Shown in pieces: positions 54,344 through 64,000 of a stretch of DNA of 64,000 nt. This DNA is from an uncultured Methanoregulaceae archaeon (GTDB taxonomy: Archaea; Halobacteriota; Methanomicrobia; Methanomicrobiales; Methanospirillaceae). Numbering within the stretch: position 1 is the first letter of the stretch; each line of letters starts with the position of its first letter. The notes under the pieces were generated by a model. The model was not told the origin of the DNA. It was given only the letters and a program-made list of their open reading frames with translations, and did no database searches. The stretch lies in contig OY970343.1 of NCBI GenBank assembly GCA_963717525.1, positions 800,001 through 864,000 on the forward strand. The letters are read 5' to 3'. The position numbers were made by a program, and so were the translations under genes.

Positions 54344-55671
54344 CTACTGAACATAAGGGTACCGCAGGAGCAGCGGTTTACCGGCCGGTAACACTTTCTC
54401 GCGGATGGTACGGCTGATCTCCTGCAGGCTTACCGGGTAATACCCGATAACTTCGGCACTCACGTTGATCCTTTTTCCTGCCGGATCGATAAACGGGAAT
54501 GCGCGAAGATTGTTGTTGTGGTGGTGGCCGTGAATGATCCATCCGGAAAAACCTGCCGGGGTGTCAGCCGGATCATGCACAAGAAGAAATTCAAGCCCGT
54601 CACAGGTAAGAAAAGCAGAGGTGACCCTCTGCTCTGCTTTCCTGTCATGGTTCCCGGCTATAAAGGTAATTTTCCCGTTCAGGAGAACTCGGTACTCCGC
54701 GTCCGGGCGGGCGTCCCATCCATACCGCAGATCGCCAAGGAAGTATACGTGGTCATTGCCGGAGACACAATAATTCCAGTTGGCGATCAGAACCCGGTCC
54801 ATCTCGGCAGTATCTGAAGGTATGAACGGGCGCGAACAGTACCCGGATGATATTTGCATGGCCAAGGTGGAGATCTGAAATAAGAAAGATCTCACCGGGG
54901 TTATGAGGAACCTGGCAGGAAAGTTCAAATCCTGCAGCCATTCGGGTACTGCGCCATTGTCTTCTGCCACGACAGGGGATCCCGGATTTCCTTTGGTGTG
55001 AGCCACCGCTGTCGGAGCAGGTCGTACTCGCCAAGGATCTCATCGTCATGCATTACAGTAATCCTGAGGCCCGCATCATCGAGCAGGACCTGCCGTACCG
55101 GAAGCCTGTGAAGGTGTCTGAAAAATCCTATTCGCCCGTTTATTGTGGAAAGACAGGAGTGAAAGAAAGCGGCTATTGATCCGGGTTGTGAAATGCGGGG
55201 AGATTCAGCCTGCATCGCCGCAAGACCTTTCATCATCTCTCCGGCCTTGCCATCAGGAAGGCGGTTTGCGATGGTGGCATGGAACCATTTCCCTTCGGCC
55301 TGCAGGTCCCATGGGTTCAGGCTGATAGTAAAACCGGAGAGTGTCCGGGCAATCGTTGCGGTCAGGCCGACAAGTGCCGGGGATGCCCTGACGGAAAATG
55401 CTACCACGCCGCCATGCATTCCATCCCGCTGCTCCCAATCTTCGAGAGTGAACGGAACTGCGCCAGTCTGTGCAGCACATGCAGATATCCTATCAAGAAG
55501 ATCCTGCTCCCGGGAAGGATTATCAAGGGTAAAAGGGCCATAAAGAGTTATATGCGGGTGACGTTCCCTATAGCGCTCAGCACCAAACTTCTGTACGATA
55601 AAACGGGTAATATCCTTTACCCGCCATCTGGTACGGGCAAGACGGATCTCGACAAGATAGGTGTCGTCCAT
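54344..55671 (-). CDS. 2H phosphoesterase fused to a calcineurin-like phosphoesterase; two apparent frameshifts (about 54944 and 54843)
   Basis: PHITL and FHATI, then SDLHLGH, LGDL, GNHD and HGHHH, in three successive frames. Confidence 0.75.
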
Positions 55672-55961
55672 GCACTATTCGCCACAGGTACAGGTTTATT
55701 GGCGATGGAGGATTAAAATGCTGCCCGGGACCAGCATGCTCCTACGCTGGAATGTCAATTTATGAACTGTAGTGGTGAGGATCCGAATGTATTCCTATCC
55801 CAGACCTGGGGATTATTTGAAGATTCAGCTCCAGAGGGTATACTTTTTCTTATAAAAGGGTTACTTTACGGGCAATATCAGTAAAATATAATTTAATATC
55901 TGAAACAATACCGCACAATTTATAGCATAAGCAGTAGATATTCTCGATTTGGTAATTTTCT

Positions 55962-58227
55962 ATGAGATCCATATCCGTAGCATGTCTCCTCGCGGGAGTT
56001 GTTCTCCTTCTCGTGATGATAACTCCCTGTCTGGCTGATTCTAGCAGCTCGCAGGCCAGCCTACATCGTAGTTGGTCAGGGACCGGTTGCACAATTCAGT
56101 GCGGCCTATGCGTATCCGGTTGTTCCGACACAGGTAATCTTTAAGGATTACTCTCAGGGCTCTACACCGATGACCTACCTGTGGAACTTTGGTGACGGGC
56201 AGACATCCACAGACCAGAATCCCACGCACACTTACATCCAACAGGGATTGTACACTGTATCCCTAACCGTAACCAACGCGTATGGGTCAAATACAGCAGT
56301 AAAAAATAATTATATTGCGATCGGGGTAAGTCCCGCAGCAAACTTTGTTGCAACCCCGATCTCGGGAACTGCTCCACAAAACGTACAGTTTACGGATCTC
56401 TCCGGAGGGGGGGCCACAAGCTGGCTCTGGGACTTTGGTGACGGACAGACCTCCACAGCCCAGAACCCCACGCACACCTATTATGCCGGGGGAACTTATA
56501 CGGTAATCCTGACCGTCTCCAACGGTTTTGGATCATCAGTAGCTACCAAGAACCAGTATATTGTTGTCGCAGGACAACTCCAGTCCAAATTTGTTTCAAA
56601 CCCAACCCAGGGTCCGACTCCGCTCACGGTCATGTTTACGGATAAATCTCTCGGTGCCCCGACCACATGGAACTGGGACTTTGGTGACGGCTCAACATCG
56701 ACAGTCCAGTACCCGACTCACACATATACAACACCGGGCGTCTATACCGTAAAACTCACTGTCGGCCTGGGTAGTATGTCCGATACTTCAAGCCAGATTA
56801 TTGATGCCGGTGGAGTGCCGCTCGCTGATTTTGTTGCTACCCCGATGCAGACAAATGTGATGAATCCCATCCAGTTCACCGATCATTCAACTAACTCTCC
56901 CACATCGTGGAACTGGAATTTCGGGGACACGGCCACCTCTACCGACCAGAACCCCACACACTCCTACCAGCTCAATGGTCTTTACACAGTTACCCTGACT
57001 GCAGCCAACAGCAACGGTCAGGACTCGCTAACAAAAGTCAATTATATCAACGTTGGCCTGGCTCCCGTCGCTGCTTTCCGGCCGGTCATCAATCCATCCC
57101 AGATCTCAAGTATCCCCCTGACGGTAAGTTTTGTTGATCAATCTACCAATATGCCTACCTCATGGAGCTGGGACTTTGGCGATGGTTCGACTTCAACTGA
57201 TCAGAATCCTTCCCATCTCTACATGCAGGCCGGGACCTACACTGTTACCCTGACAGCCACAAATGCGTTTGGCAGCAATACCGTCGTGAAAAGCAACCTG
57301 ATCGATGTGGGAAATAACATCGCTGTTGACTTTGCTGCTGATCACACAACCGTTGGTGTCGGGCAGCTGGTGACGTTCACAGATCTTTCAACCAATTCCC
57401 CGACCAACTGGGTATGGGAGTATGGTGATGGTACCATAGGATCGGGATCACCGAACCCGAACCATGCCTATACGGCTGTTGGTGTTTATAGCGTTACGCT
57501 GACGGCATCAAACCCCACAATGACCAACAGTCTGACAAAGACCCAGTATATTACCGTCCTGAACCTCCCGCGTGCAAACTTTGCTGCCTCCCCGACACGT
57601 GGCGGTGCTCCCCTTGCAGTCACTTTTGCGGATCAGTCAACCGGTACGCCCACATCGTGGACATGGGACTTTGGAGATCGTTCAACCTCATCATCCCAGA
57701 ACCCGGTCCATACCTATTCCCAGCTTGGTACCTATACGGTAACGCTTACGGTGACAAACCAGAATGGTTCCGACACTACAACGAAAACGGATTACATTGT
57801 AGTTACCCTTGCACCGGTAGCGGACTTTACCGTAGACCAGCGGATTGGTAATGCACCATTTATTGTGCAGTTCAGGGATCTCTCGACCAATAACCCGACA
57901 TCCTGGCTCTGGCAGTTTGGTGACGGTACCACATCCACCGACCAGAATCCACGTCACGTGTATCCTTACATCGGTGCTTACAATGTCACACTGACCGCGA
58001 CCAACCAGTACGGTAGTGATACCGCCTACAAGGCAGGTAATGCGACAACGTTAATACCAATCCAGGCCCCGACCACAGCTCCCCCTGTAGTAACCAATGC
58101 TCCAACCGTTGTCGCGACCACGGTTGCACCGGCGACAACCACGCAGTCCCCGATATCTGCAGTCCTCCCGGTCCTGGCCGTTGCTCTGGGCTTGCTGGCA
58201 TTTGCCGGGTTATACCGGCGGAAATAA
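55962..58227 (+). CDS. Cell-surface protein with 8 PKD repeats; apparent frameshift at about 56061
   Basis: Signal peptide in ORF 55962..56144; eight W(D/N/E/Q)(F/Y)GD motifs; T/P linker, TM helix and RRK end. Confidence 0.9.
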
Positions 58228-58623
58228 TTTTATTTTTTATTGCTCCTGGGCAGTAACGGGATATTAATCCGATGGGGGACACTATTTTGTTTAGTACCCA
58301 GAGATAATGTGCAGCATTTGAAACGATGTGGGCGTATCCCCTTAGATTATAATCTAAAATCTTTATCAGGTAACTGCATCGCGTTCAAATCCTTTTTCGT
58401 GAATAGAGATTGTCGCATTGTTTTTCGATTAAAGAAGTGGTAGGAATCACTCTTACGAATTTCTCCAGCTGAACATTTCCACGATAATCGTTGTAGCCTC
58501 GATAGATGAAAACACAGACATTTCAGGGATTGAAGGAAGCAAAATGGCAAACTTTATCGGCAGACAATTCGTAAAATGGAGGAATATCTAATCCTTAAAA
58601 ACGAAAAAAAATCTTTAAACACC

Positions 58624-59337
58624 TTAATATTTCCTTCTGACCGCGATGTACCAGAATGCAGCAGCGACAATGACAATTGCTATCAGAACGATCTCAACCG
58701 CATATTTTACATAAACCGGAGTCTCGGTTGCCGCGAGTTTCTCTGCGTTCTGGAGATTTCCTTCAAGATAGGGGTAGCTGGGATCCAGCTGCTCTACTTT
58801 CTGGAATGCAGCAACGCCCTCGGTACACCGGCCCATGCCGCAGAGTGCGTACGCCTTGTTGAACCAGGCCTCGGCATTGTCCGGATCAATACTGATTGCC
58901 TGGTTGAAGGCATCCAGTTGCTTGTTGTAATAGATATCTGCCGTGGTTTTGTCATTGAGCTGGTTCTGGTAATAGGAACCAATATTGTATAAGATCAGCC
59001 CGTGGTTTATCCATGCCGGAGCCGAGGAGGAATTGAGAGCCAGTGACTGGTTGGACGCGTCAAGGGCAAGGTTTAAGGTGGCAAGCGGGTTTGAGGTGTA
59101 CGGGTTTGCACGATTAAGGACATCTGCCATGCCATCCCATGCCTCAGCATTGGCAGAATCGAGTGAAATCGCCTGTTTGTAGTCATACAAGGCTGCAGTG
59201 TAATTTCCCGCGGCAGTCTGGTTTTGCCCGGCAGCATACCAGCCCGCTTCATCAACCGGGTCTGATACCGCTGGCGGGATAACAAAGATACACAATGCAA
59301 GCAGGAGCAGGACGAGAACAATTATTCTGGATCTCAT
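58624..59337 (-). CDS. Exported TPR-repeat protein with C-terminal anchor
   Basis: Signal peptide; AEAW and A.AW.N TPR motifs; TM helix plus RRKY; start MRSRII at 59337. Confidence 0.85.
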   Translation of the reverse strand: MRSRIIVLVLLLLALCIFVIPPAVSDPVDEAGWYAAGQNQTAAGNYTAALYDYKQAISLDSANAEAWDGMADVLNRANPYTSNPLATLNLALDASNQSLALNSSSAPAWINHGLILYNIGSYYQNQLNDKTTADIYYNKQLDAFNQAISIDPDNAEAWFNKAYALCGMGRCTEGVAAFQKVEQLDPSYPYLEGNLQNAEKLAATETPVYVKYAVEIVLIAIVIVAAAFWYIAVRRKY

Positions 59338-59397
59338 ATTACGAAATATATGAGGCACGGTTTCCTCATAAGAATTACCACGTCCCCTTCGGGAACC

Positions 59398-60367
59398 TTA
59401 TTTCCGGAGCACGAGTATATGGCGTGTGAGACTCTTATGCACCCTCTGGGTGTGGTGCTGGAGGACATTCATGTGCTGCATAGCAATACCGGAGATATCA
59501 CGGTGTGTGACTATGACTGCCCGGGATCCTGACTGCAGGACACGGCTGATCTCGTCAAGAGAATCATGGTACAAGCGCTCCATGGTATCCGCTTTTTTGA
59601 TGCAGACTGACTGGCCGTAGGGAAAATCGGTCACAACTGCATCCACCACTCGTTCCCGTAACGGAAGGCGGGTGGTATCGGCAAGAAGGAGGGCACTTTT
59701 GCGGACATTCCCGGCACTTCCCCGGATCATCAGGGGATCGAAATCGCTGCCCAGTGTATGGATTCCAAGCATCTCCGCTTCGATCAGGATCCCACCGGTC
59801 CCACAGAACGGATCGAGCAGGGTGGCCCCGGTACCGCAAAGAGAGAGGTTGACAAGTGTCCGTGCCATGCGGGGCATCATGACCCCGGGATGGAAGAATT
59901 CGCGCCGGCCCGGGTTGCGGCTGTCGTATCCCCCTCGATCGATCCGATACAGGACCCTGCCGAAATAACATCGATCCTGAGAAAGGATTGCACGGTACTC
60001 CACGACCGGGTTGATAAGCCTGACGGGCCCGGAAATCATCGTGCCGATCAACCGTTCGAACTCCCTTTGTGAGCAGGGATTTTCTTCCTGGCAGCCTTCG
60101 TGCACCATCTTGGCCCGGCCGGCAAAAGGCTTGTCGGTGGTGAGAGAGAGATCAGAGAGAAGGTGTTTAAACGAGCCTGATATCCGGGGCGCATTCACCA
60201 AGGTACTCCAGCACGATATGGGTCATCGCAAGACGCCGGGCCTCCTGCGGATAAGAGCATTCGGCCACCGCAACCTGCGGCCGGGAGTCGGTAACTGCGG
60301 CAACGCATTCGATTTCAGCGCATGGCAGGGTCGGGTTCTCTCCCGAGAGCTCAAAAAGGAGCTTCAT
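59398..60367 (-). CDS. trm11: tRNA (guanine10-N2)-dimethyltransferase (THUMP + MTase); apparent frameshift at about 60176
   Basis: MKLLFELSGE start; LDPFCGTGG, TDFPYG and RVHKSLTR motifs. Confidence 0.88.
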
Positions 60368-60611
60368 TCTCACAGGTATGAGGCGGCTATCCAGAAATAC
60401 CTGCGTGAAATGCCGGTCATCGTGCCGGAAGACGATGATACGTTCAAAAGTTAGAGCATTTATCCGGAAAATTACGTGATGGTCAATGATAAAAGCGGGC
60501 CTGAACTGGAAGTCACTGTTGAAAGGATTCAAGAAAAGATCGTTGCGAAACACCGGTAATTAGCGGTGGCCTATTATAAGGGAACAAACGAGGCAGAGTA
60601 TGAAAAAGAAG

Positions 60612-63242
60612 TTAATTGATAGTAAGGCCCTGCACCACCGCTGCGTCAGATACATTGAAGGTGGTGCCGGTTCCCTCGATCTGGTAGGGCCCGGTTGCAT
60701 GTACACCGGATATATTCCCGGTCGTGGCATATGGCACGACAAATTCCCCGTTCACGCTTGTCTGGCGGTACGCGAAGTTCCTGCCCGTATTGGTCACAAG
60801 TGGAAGATCAATAATACCGGATCCTTTGATATGTGCCCCTTTGACATACTCGAAGATTTTGACATATTGAATAGTTGATATATTGGAGCTGGATACCGTT
60901 GTGGGCGATTCATGGATAAGTCGGTAGTGCTGCAGTGCCGGAATATCGGTGATCGGTGACGAAAACTGCACGTTCAGTGCGGCTGCATGATACCCGGGCT
61001 GGGCCTGCTGGTTGTACTGGGCGGCAGCGTTGATCGCGTCGGATGCATTCATTTGCTTGACATTCACGAGTTCCGGAAGTGATGTCTGGGTTACCGAGGG
61101 ATCCGAATACTCAACATAATATGCCGAACCCGCGGTAGCCATCGAGCCATCATAATTATGGAGTCGCGAGATCATGGTGGAATAATACGCCGGTTCGTTG
61201 AGCATGACGGACTGGTATATGTTGGGATTTGACTGGCTGGGCATCATCAGGGACAACTGGTAGGACCCGGGGGTGGAGGTAGCATTTGTGAGACTGTACC
61301 ACGTCGCCATAGCATAGAATTTCCCGGTGTCCATCTCGGCATCGGTGATCACGTACCGCGTCCCGTCATGATCGAGGATCGTATCTGCGGTCGATTCATC
61401 TGTTGCCATGAAATACGCAGCAGCCCCATCAGGACCTGTGACTCCTGCCTGGAAAGGATTTGCGTTGGGGATCCGGTGGGCGATGTACGTGATCAGATGG
61501 CCATAGTCCCACCAGGACATGACCCCGTAGGAGGTATTCGGATAGGTAAATGTACTCTTATCATAGATCGCATAATAGTTCACACCCGGATCCGGGGTGT
61601 TGTTTGCCATCCACGCAAGCGACTCCTGCCAGTCAGGATTGATCGCCTGGGTATCGCTGGAGGATGCGACATAGTTTGCCAGAACCGAGGTGATGACAAA
61701 GAGTGCCGCAAGGATGACAGTGCCAACAAAAATCACCATAGCCGGTATATCGTTCTCCCGGTGTGCATCCCGCTTAGCTTTTGCCCCCTTGCCTTTTCCT
61801 TTCTTCTGTCGTTCCGGTCGTGCCGGTTCATCTGCTGCGGCACCAGTTTTCGGTCCCGGTTCATTACTCCCGGAAGAGAGCCCCAGCCGGGAAAGCACCG
61901 GCCCTGCCCCGTAATTCCATGCGCATCCAAGACACAGCGCGGAGAGGAGGGCGATATTCACCGCAAAATAATACTCGTACTTGATCCGCTGGATGGTGCA
62001 GACCAGCATGACAACGGACCAGATGAGGACAAAGACCTCCCCCTGCTCCTCCTTCTTAAAAGTCTGCCAGAGAAGGAGGATGATGCCGCCGGCGGCAAGG
62101 ACAAGACCGAAATTAAACGTCCCCCATGCCTGGGCAAGGCTCCAGGGAATATCTTCTTCAACCGTGGAGATAATTGGAGCCTGGCCAAAGAATCCTACAA
62201 GGCCGCCGGTAAAATCCGAGAATAATGCTGGGAAAATGAGAGCAAGAATGGCCGCGAATATGATTGCGATCGCTACGAGCGAGGCAATGTAGTAATATTT
62301 TTTCCTTTCTTTGAGATAGTCTGACAAGAGATAGAGGAATATGGTGGCTGCGATAAGCAGGGTGTACGAAATGACAGGGCCGATAGAATAGGTAGACAGA
62401 CCGATCCCCGGATCCTTAAAACCAAACAGGAGAAGGCCAATGATAACGACACCGAACACGACGGTGTTGACCAGTGCGAGGTACAGGTTTGAGATGGACC
62501 GGTGGTGATTGACCACGGCCTGGACAAAGGTAAAGATCGCAGCAATCAGGGCAAAGACGATGATGGTTTCAATATTGAGGATCCCCACGAAGAAAGCAAT
62601 GCCGGAAAGCACGGCGAAGAGAAGAACCTCTTTGTAGGTCGAAAGATCTGCAAGCACGATCTTCGTCTTCTTTGCCTTAAGTAGGGTGTAGAGGTAAAGA
62701 AGGCAGAAGAGTGTGCTGAAAAGGGTCTCCCCGATATGATGGTACAGGGAGCCGTACATGGAGCGGAAGAAGAACTGCCCTGATACTGAAGCGATCATAA
62801 ATGCGGCAAACAAACCGGTCTTCCAGTCCGCCACTGTCTTGCCCAGCCAGTACATGACAAAGACCATTATCACCGCTTCTAGGACGGGAATGAACAGGGA
62901 GACGGTGATGATCTGCGCGGGGGTGGTGGCATGGACGAGGATTGCCGCACAGGAACACAGGTAGGTCAGGAGAGGCCCCCAGTATACCGTTGATCCGACC
63001 GGGAATTGTGTCATCGGGTCAAACCATGCGTAGTTTGGGAAATTTGCGAGCGTCAGGTCGATCTGGCGGAGCGCATAGATAGGATCATCGGGCTGGACGA
63101 GGGAGAACACATCGCCATTCCCGAGGTTGAGGAGCGGAATGATCCGGATCCAGAACATGAAGAGGGCTGAGATAACAAGAAGTGCAAGGATAATATATGT
63201 CCGGTGTTTTGGGTTATCGAACAGGTCCACAGCATTCACCAC
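60612..63242 (-). CDS. aglB: Oligosaccharyltransferase (STT3 family)
   Basis: Multi-TM N-terminal half; SWWDYGH and NANPFQ motifs. Confidence 0.93.
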   Translation of the reverse strand: MVNAVDLFDNPKHRTYIILALLVISALFMFWIRIIPLLNLGNGDVFSLVQPDDPIYALRQIDLTLANFPNYAWFDPMTQFPVGSTVYWGPLLTYLCSCAAILVHATTPAQIITVSLFIPVLEAVIMVFVMYWLGKTVADWKTGLFAAFMIASVSGQFFFRSMYGSLYHHIGETLFSTLFCLLYLYTLLKAKKTKIVLADLSTYKEVLLFAVLSGIAFFVGILNIETIIVFALIAAIFTFVQAVVNHHRSISNLYLALVNTVVFGVVIIGLLLFGFKDPGIGLSTYSIGPVISYTLLIAATIFLYLLSDYLKERKKYYYIASLVAIAIIFAAILALIFPALFSDFTGGLVGFFGQAPIISTVEEDIPWSLAQAWGTFNFGLVLAAGGIILLLWQTFKKEEQGEVFVLIWSVVMLVCTIQRIKYEYYFAVNIALLSALCLGCAWNYGAGPVLSRLGLSSGSNEPGPKTGAAADEPARPERQKKGKGKGAKAKRDAHRENDIPAMVIFVGTVILAALFVITSVLANYVASSSDTQAINPDWQESLAWMANNTPDPGVNYYAIYDKSTFTYPNTSYGVMSWWDYGHLITYIAHRIPNANPFQAGVTGPDGAAAYFMATDESTADTILDHDGTRYVITDAEMDTGKFYAMATWYSLTNATSTPGSYQLSLMMPSQSNPNIYQSVMLNEPAYYSTMISRLHNYDGSMATAGSAYYVEYSDPSVTQTSLPELVNVKQMNASDAINAAAQYNQQAQPGYHAAALNVQFSSPITDIPALQHYRLIHESPTTVSSSNISTIQYVKIFEYVKGAHIKGSGIIDLPLVTNTGRNFAYRQTSVNGEFVVPYATTGNISGVHATGPYQIEGTGTTFNVSDAAVVQGLTIN

Positions 63243-63483
63243 TACAATTCTGGAAAATTTTTGGTTTCCGGATGGATAAGGTTGTTCATAAGTATGGTCT
63301 TGTTTTCAGGGCATTATTTCGGCAGTTTTGTGCTCCCCTTATTGGTAACATAAACCGTGAACGAAAATATCAAAAATAGTTCAACATGTTTGCGAACCTT
63401 AAAGATAATCCGATATAGCCGCGACGAATCTGCAATTCTGCTCACAAAAATCTGGTGCAAAAAATTTTTAGGATTAAAAAGGA

Positions 63484-64000
63484 CTATTTCTTTCCCTTTT
63501 TCTTTCCCATGATCCCGGAGAATATCCCGCCTGCCTTGTCATCATGGCCTTCAAGCTCAGCAAGTTTCTGATAGAGATCCTTTGCCTCGCCCGATACACC
63601 TTTGGGGGTGATAATCTTCACTCTGACAAGGAGATCGCCGTGTTTACCGCGCCTCTTGACCCCCTCTCCTGCGATCCGGAGCGCAGTATTGAACTGGATA
63701 CCGGCCGGAATCTTCAGGTCGATGTGGCGTTTGTCGATGGTTTCAACCTCGACCGTGGTTCCAAGAACAGCTGAGGGTGGGGGAGATCTCAATCACTGTC
63801 TCGAGGTTGTCCCCGGTGCGCTCAAAGCGTTTGTGGGGGAGCACAAACATCTCAATGAAGAGATCACCGTTTGACGCACCGTAATCCCCAGCCTCCCCAT
63901 AGCCCTCCATGCGCAGGCGCATCCCATTGTCCACGCCGGCAGGGATATGGACTGTGACTTTGCGCTTTACCCGGGTATGACCGGAACCGTGGCATTCACG
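63484..64000 (-). CDS. dnaJ: Chaperone DnaJ, C-terminal part; apparent frameshift at about 63773; gene begins beyond the window end
   Basis: CHGSG, HIPAGVDNGMRLRMEGYGEAG, GDLF and GDLLVRV motifs. Confidence 0.93.

Noticed and set aside
56170..58020. CRISPR-like periodic repeats (GGGACTTTGGTGACGG etc.)
   Set aside because: These are codon-level repeats of PKD domains inside one ORF. No CRISPR array or cas gene was seen in the window.
58330..58365. dif/Xer site
   Set aside because: The arms resemble archaeal dif arms only loosely, and the 6-bp central spacer is absent.
60371..60559. Protein-like + strand frame interrupted by TAG at 60452 (possible pyrrolysine read-through)
   Set aside because: Short, with no good start or RBS, no recognisable family and no pyl genes in the window. 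At most a gene remnant.
6364..63934. Mass pseudogenisation or programmed frameshifting of split genes
   Set aside because: Essential genes are affected, there are no in-frame nonsense changes or slippery heptamers, and breaks coincide with GTAC/AGCT. Sequencing error is the simpler explanation.

Overview
Archaeal chromosomal window, most consistent with a Methanoregula-like Methanomicrobiales methanogen (inferred from gene content and protein style). It is mostly housekeeping: tfe, trm56, the DUF39-CBS/NIL-ferredoxin/ApbE-like homocysteine cluster, moeA, alaS, hisH, a P3A-type H+-ATPase, tRNA-Gly(GCC), the sirC-hemA-hemB-hemL-hemC-cobA and cbiT-L-F-G-H-C-D-E operons, mutY-like/mutL/mutS, a PKD surface protein, trm11, aglB and dnaJ. 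A small AT-rich accessory patch (about 22.2-25.65 kb) lies beside the tRNA 3' end. I count 21 single-base frameshifts in otherwise intact genes. Twenty lie at or within about 2 nt of GTAC or AGCT, which points to methylation-linked long-read errors rather than pseudogenes. Repairing them reveals two unusual fusions: a voltage-sensor (S1-S4) domain joined to a CorA-type channel with GSN instead of GMN, and a 2H-phosphoesterase joined to a calcineurin-like phosphoesterase. A 27-aa histone-H1-like PAKK peptide gene absent from the ORF track has its own TATA box, RBS and T-tract. Structured non-coding segments precede the cbi operon and moeA. All family calls are by motif recognition; no database searches were run.
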